From an uncultured Alphaproteobacteria bacterium (GTDB lineage Bacteria > Pseudomonadota > Alphaproteobacteria > Rhodobacterales > Rhodobacteraceae): a stretch of 64,000 bases of DNA. The notes under the pieces were generated by a model. The model saw only the letters and a program-made list of their open reading frames with translations, ran no database searches and was not told the origin of the DNA. The translations under genes and the position numbers were made by a program. Shown here piece after piece: positions 63,093 to 64,000 of this stretch. Numbering within the stretch: the first letter of the stretch is position 1; every line of letters begins with the position of its first letter. Location of the stretch: assembly GCA_963739575.1 (NCBI GenBank), contig CAVUAQ010000005.1:55507-119506 (forward strand). The letters run 5' to 3'.

Positions 63093-63467
63093 ATGAAGAT
63101 CGACCATCCGGTGAACGTGCTCGGCGCGGCGCTCGAAGCCTGCTCCGGCAATCCGCTGACGGGCTTCTTTCGCGACGGCCATTGCAACACCTGCGACGCG
63201 GACCGGGGCAACCATACCGTCTGCGCGGTGATGACCGACGAGTTCCTCGTCCTGTCGAAATATCTCGGCAACGACCTGTCGACGCCCAGGCCGGAATACG
63301 GCTTTCCCGGGCTGAAGGCGGGCGATCGGTGGTGTCTGTGCGCCGGGCGGTTCCTGCAGGCCGTGCACGAGGATTGCGCGCCGCGGGTCCATCTGGCCGC
63401 GACGCATCGCCGGGCCCTCGAGGTGCTGACGCTCGACCTCCTGCGTCAGCACGCCGCCGACGCCTGA
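63093..63467 (+). CDS. DUF2237 family protein
   Basis: NVLG, PLTGFFRDG, GNDLSTP, GDRWCLC; GAGGAG RBS. Confidence 0.9.
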   Translation: MKIDHPVNVLGAALEACSGNPLTGFFRDGHCNTCDADRGNHTVCAVMTDEFLVLSKYLGNDLSTPRPEYGFPGLKAGDRWCLCAGRFLQAVHEDCAPRVHLAATHRRALEVLTLDLLRQHAADA

Positions 63468-63499
63468 GCCCCCGCCGCTGAGCCGTGGGTCGGGCTCCC

Positions 63500-64000
63500 T
63501 CAGGCCGGTTTCGAGATGTCGACGCCCAGCGCCTTTGCCACGGTGAAGATGTCCTTGTCGCCCCGGCCGCACATGTTCATGCAGATGATGTGGTCGCGCG
63601 GCAGGTCGGGCGCGATCTTCATCACATGCGCCAACGCGTGGCTCGGTTCGAGCGCCGGGATGATGCCTTCCGAGTCGCAGCAGAAGGTGAAGGCATCCAG
63701 AGCCTCGCGGTCGGTGATCGCCACGTACTCCGCCCGGCCGGTGTCGTGGAGCCAGGCATGTTCCGGGCCGATGCCGGGATAGTCGAGCCCGGCGGAGATG
63801 GAGAAGCCCTCGAGGATCTGGCCGTCCGCGTCCTGCAGCAGATAGGTCCGGTTGCCATGCAGCACGCCGGGCCGGCCGCCGGCCAGCGAGGCGCAATGCT
63901 CCATCCGGTCGTCGACGCCACGGCCGCCGGCCTCGACGCCGATGATGCGCACCTCCTTGTCGTCCAGGAAGGGATAGAACAGGCCCATCGCGTTCGATCC
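63500..64000 (-). CDS. trpB: Tryptophan synthase beta chain, 3' part
   Basis: [33 protein letters not shown]. Confidence 0.97.
   Translation of the reverse strand, partial: GSNAMGLFYPFLDDKEVRIIGVEAGGRGVDDRMEHCASLAGGRPGVLHGNRTYLLQDADGQILEGFSISAGLDYPGIGPEHAWLHDTGRAEYVAITDREALDAFTFCCDSEGIIPALEPSHALAHVMKIAPDLPRDHIICMNMCGRGDKDIFTVAKALGVDISKPA

Overview
GC-rich alphaproteobacterial chromosome segment. Gene content and order (purF-bioY-surE-pcm-nlpD, putA-rhomboid-suhB-metR-metF, H-NOX/DGC/DUF3572, rplY-pth-DUF2237-trpB) point to Rhodobacteraceae (inference). It holds about 57 mostly housekeeping or metabolic genes and one decayed IS1182-family element (44524-46035). I saw no rRNA, tRNA, CRISPR array or intact prophage. 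The most unusual signals are: (1) a full-length SuhB at its usual locus with nearly all metal/catalytic residues substituted, i.e. a candidate pseudo-enzyme; (2) a four-copy 11-bp TCCGAY phased array found at two loci 53 kb apart, once apparently in-frame inside a gene; (3) a LOV-HWE kinase/receiver cassette between rplY and pth, fused by a frameshift; (4) a carnitine-dehydrogenase-like protein whose NAD domain has eroded in-frame while its thioesterase is intact; (5) an ABC/AttH/PNPOx-like run leading into a flavoprotein-SelD fusion and SelU; (6) an H-NOX lacking heme ligands in a c-di-GMP cluster with a CtrA-like box. All calls come from reading motifs by eye; no database searches were run.
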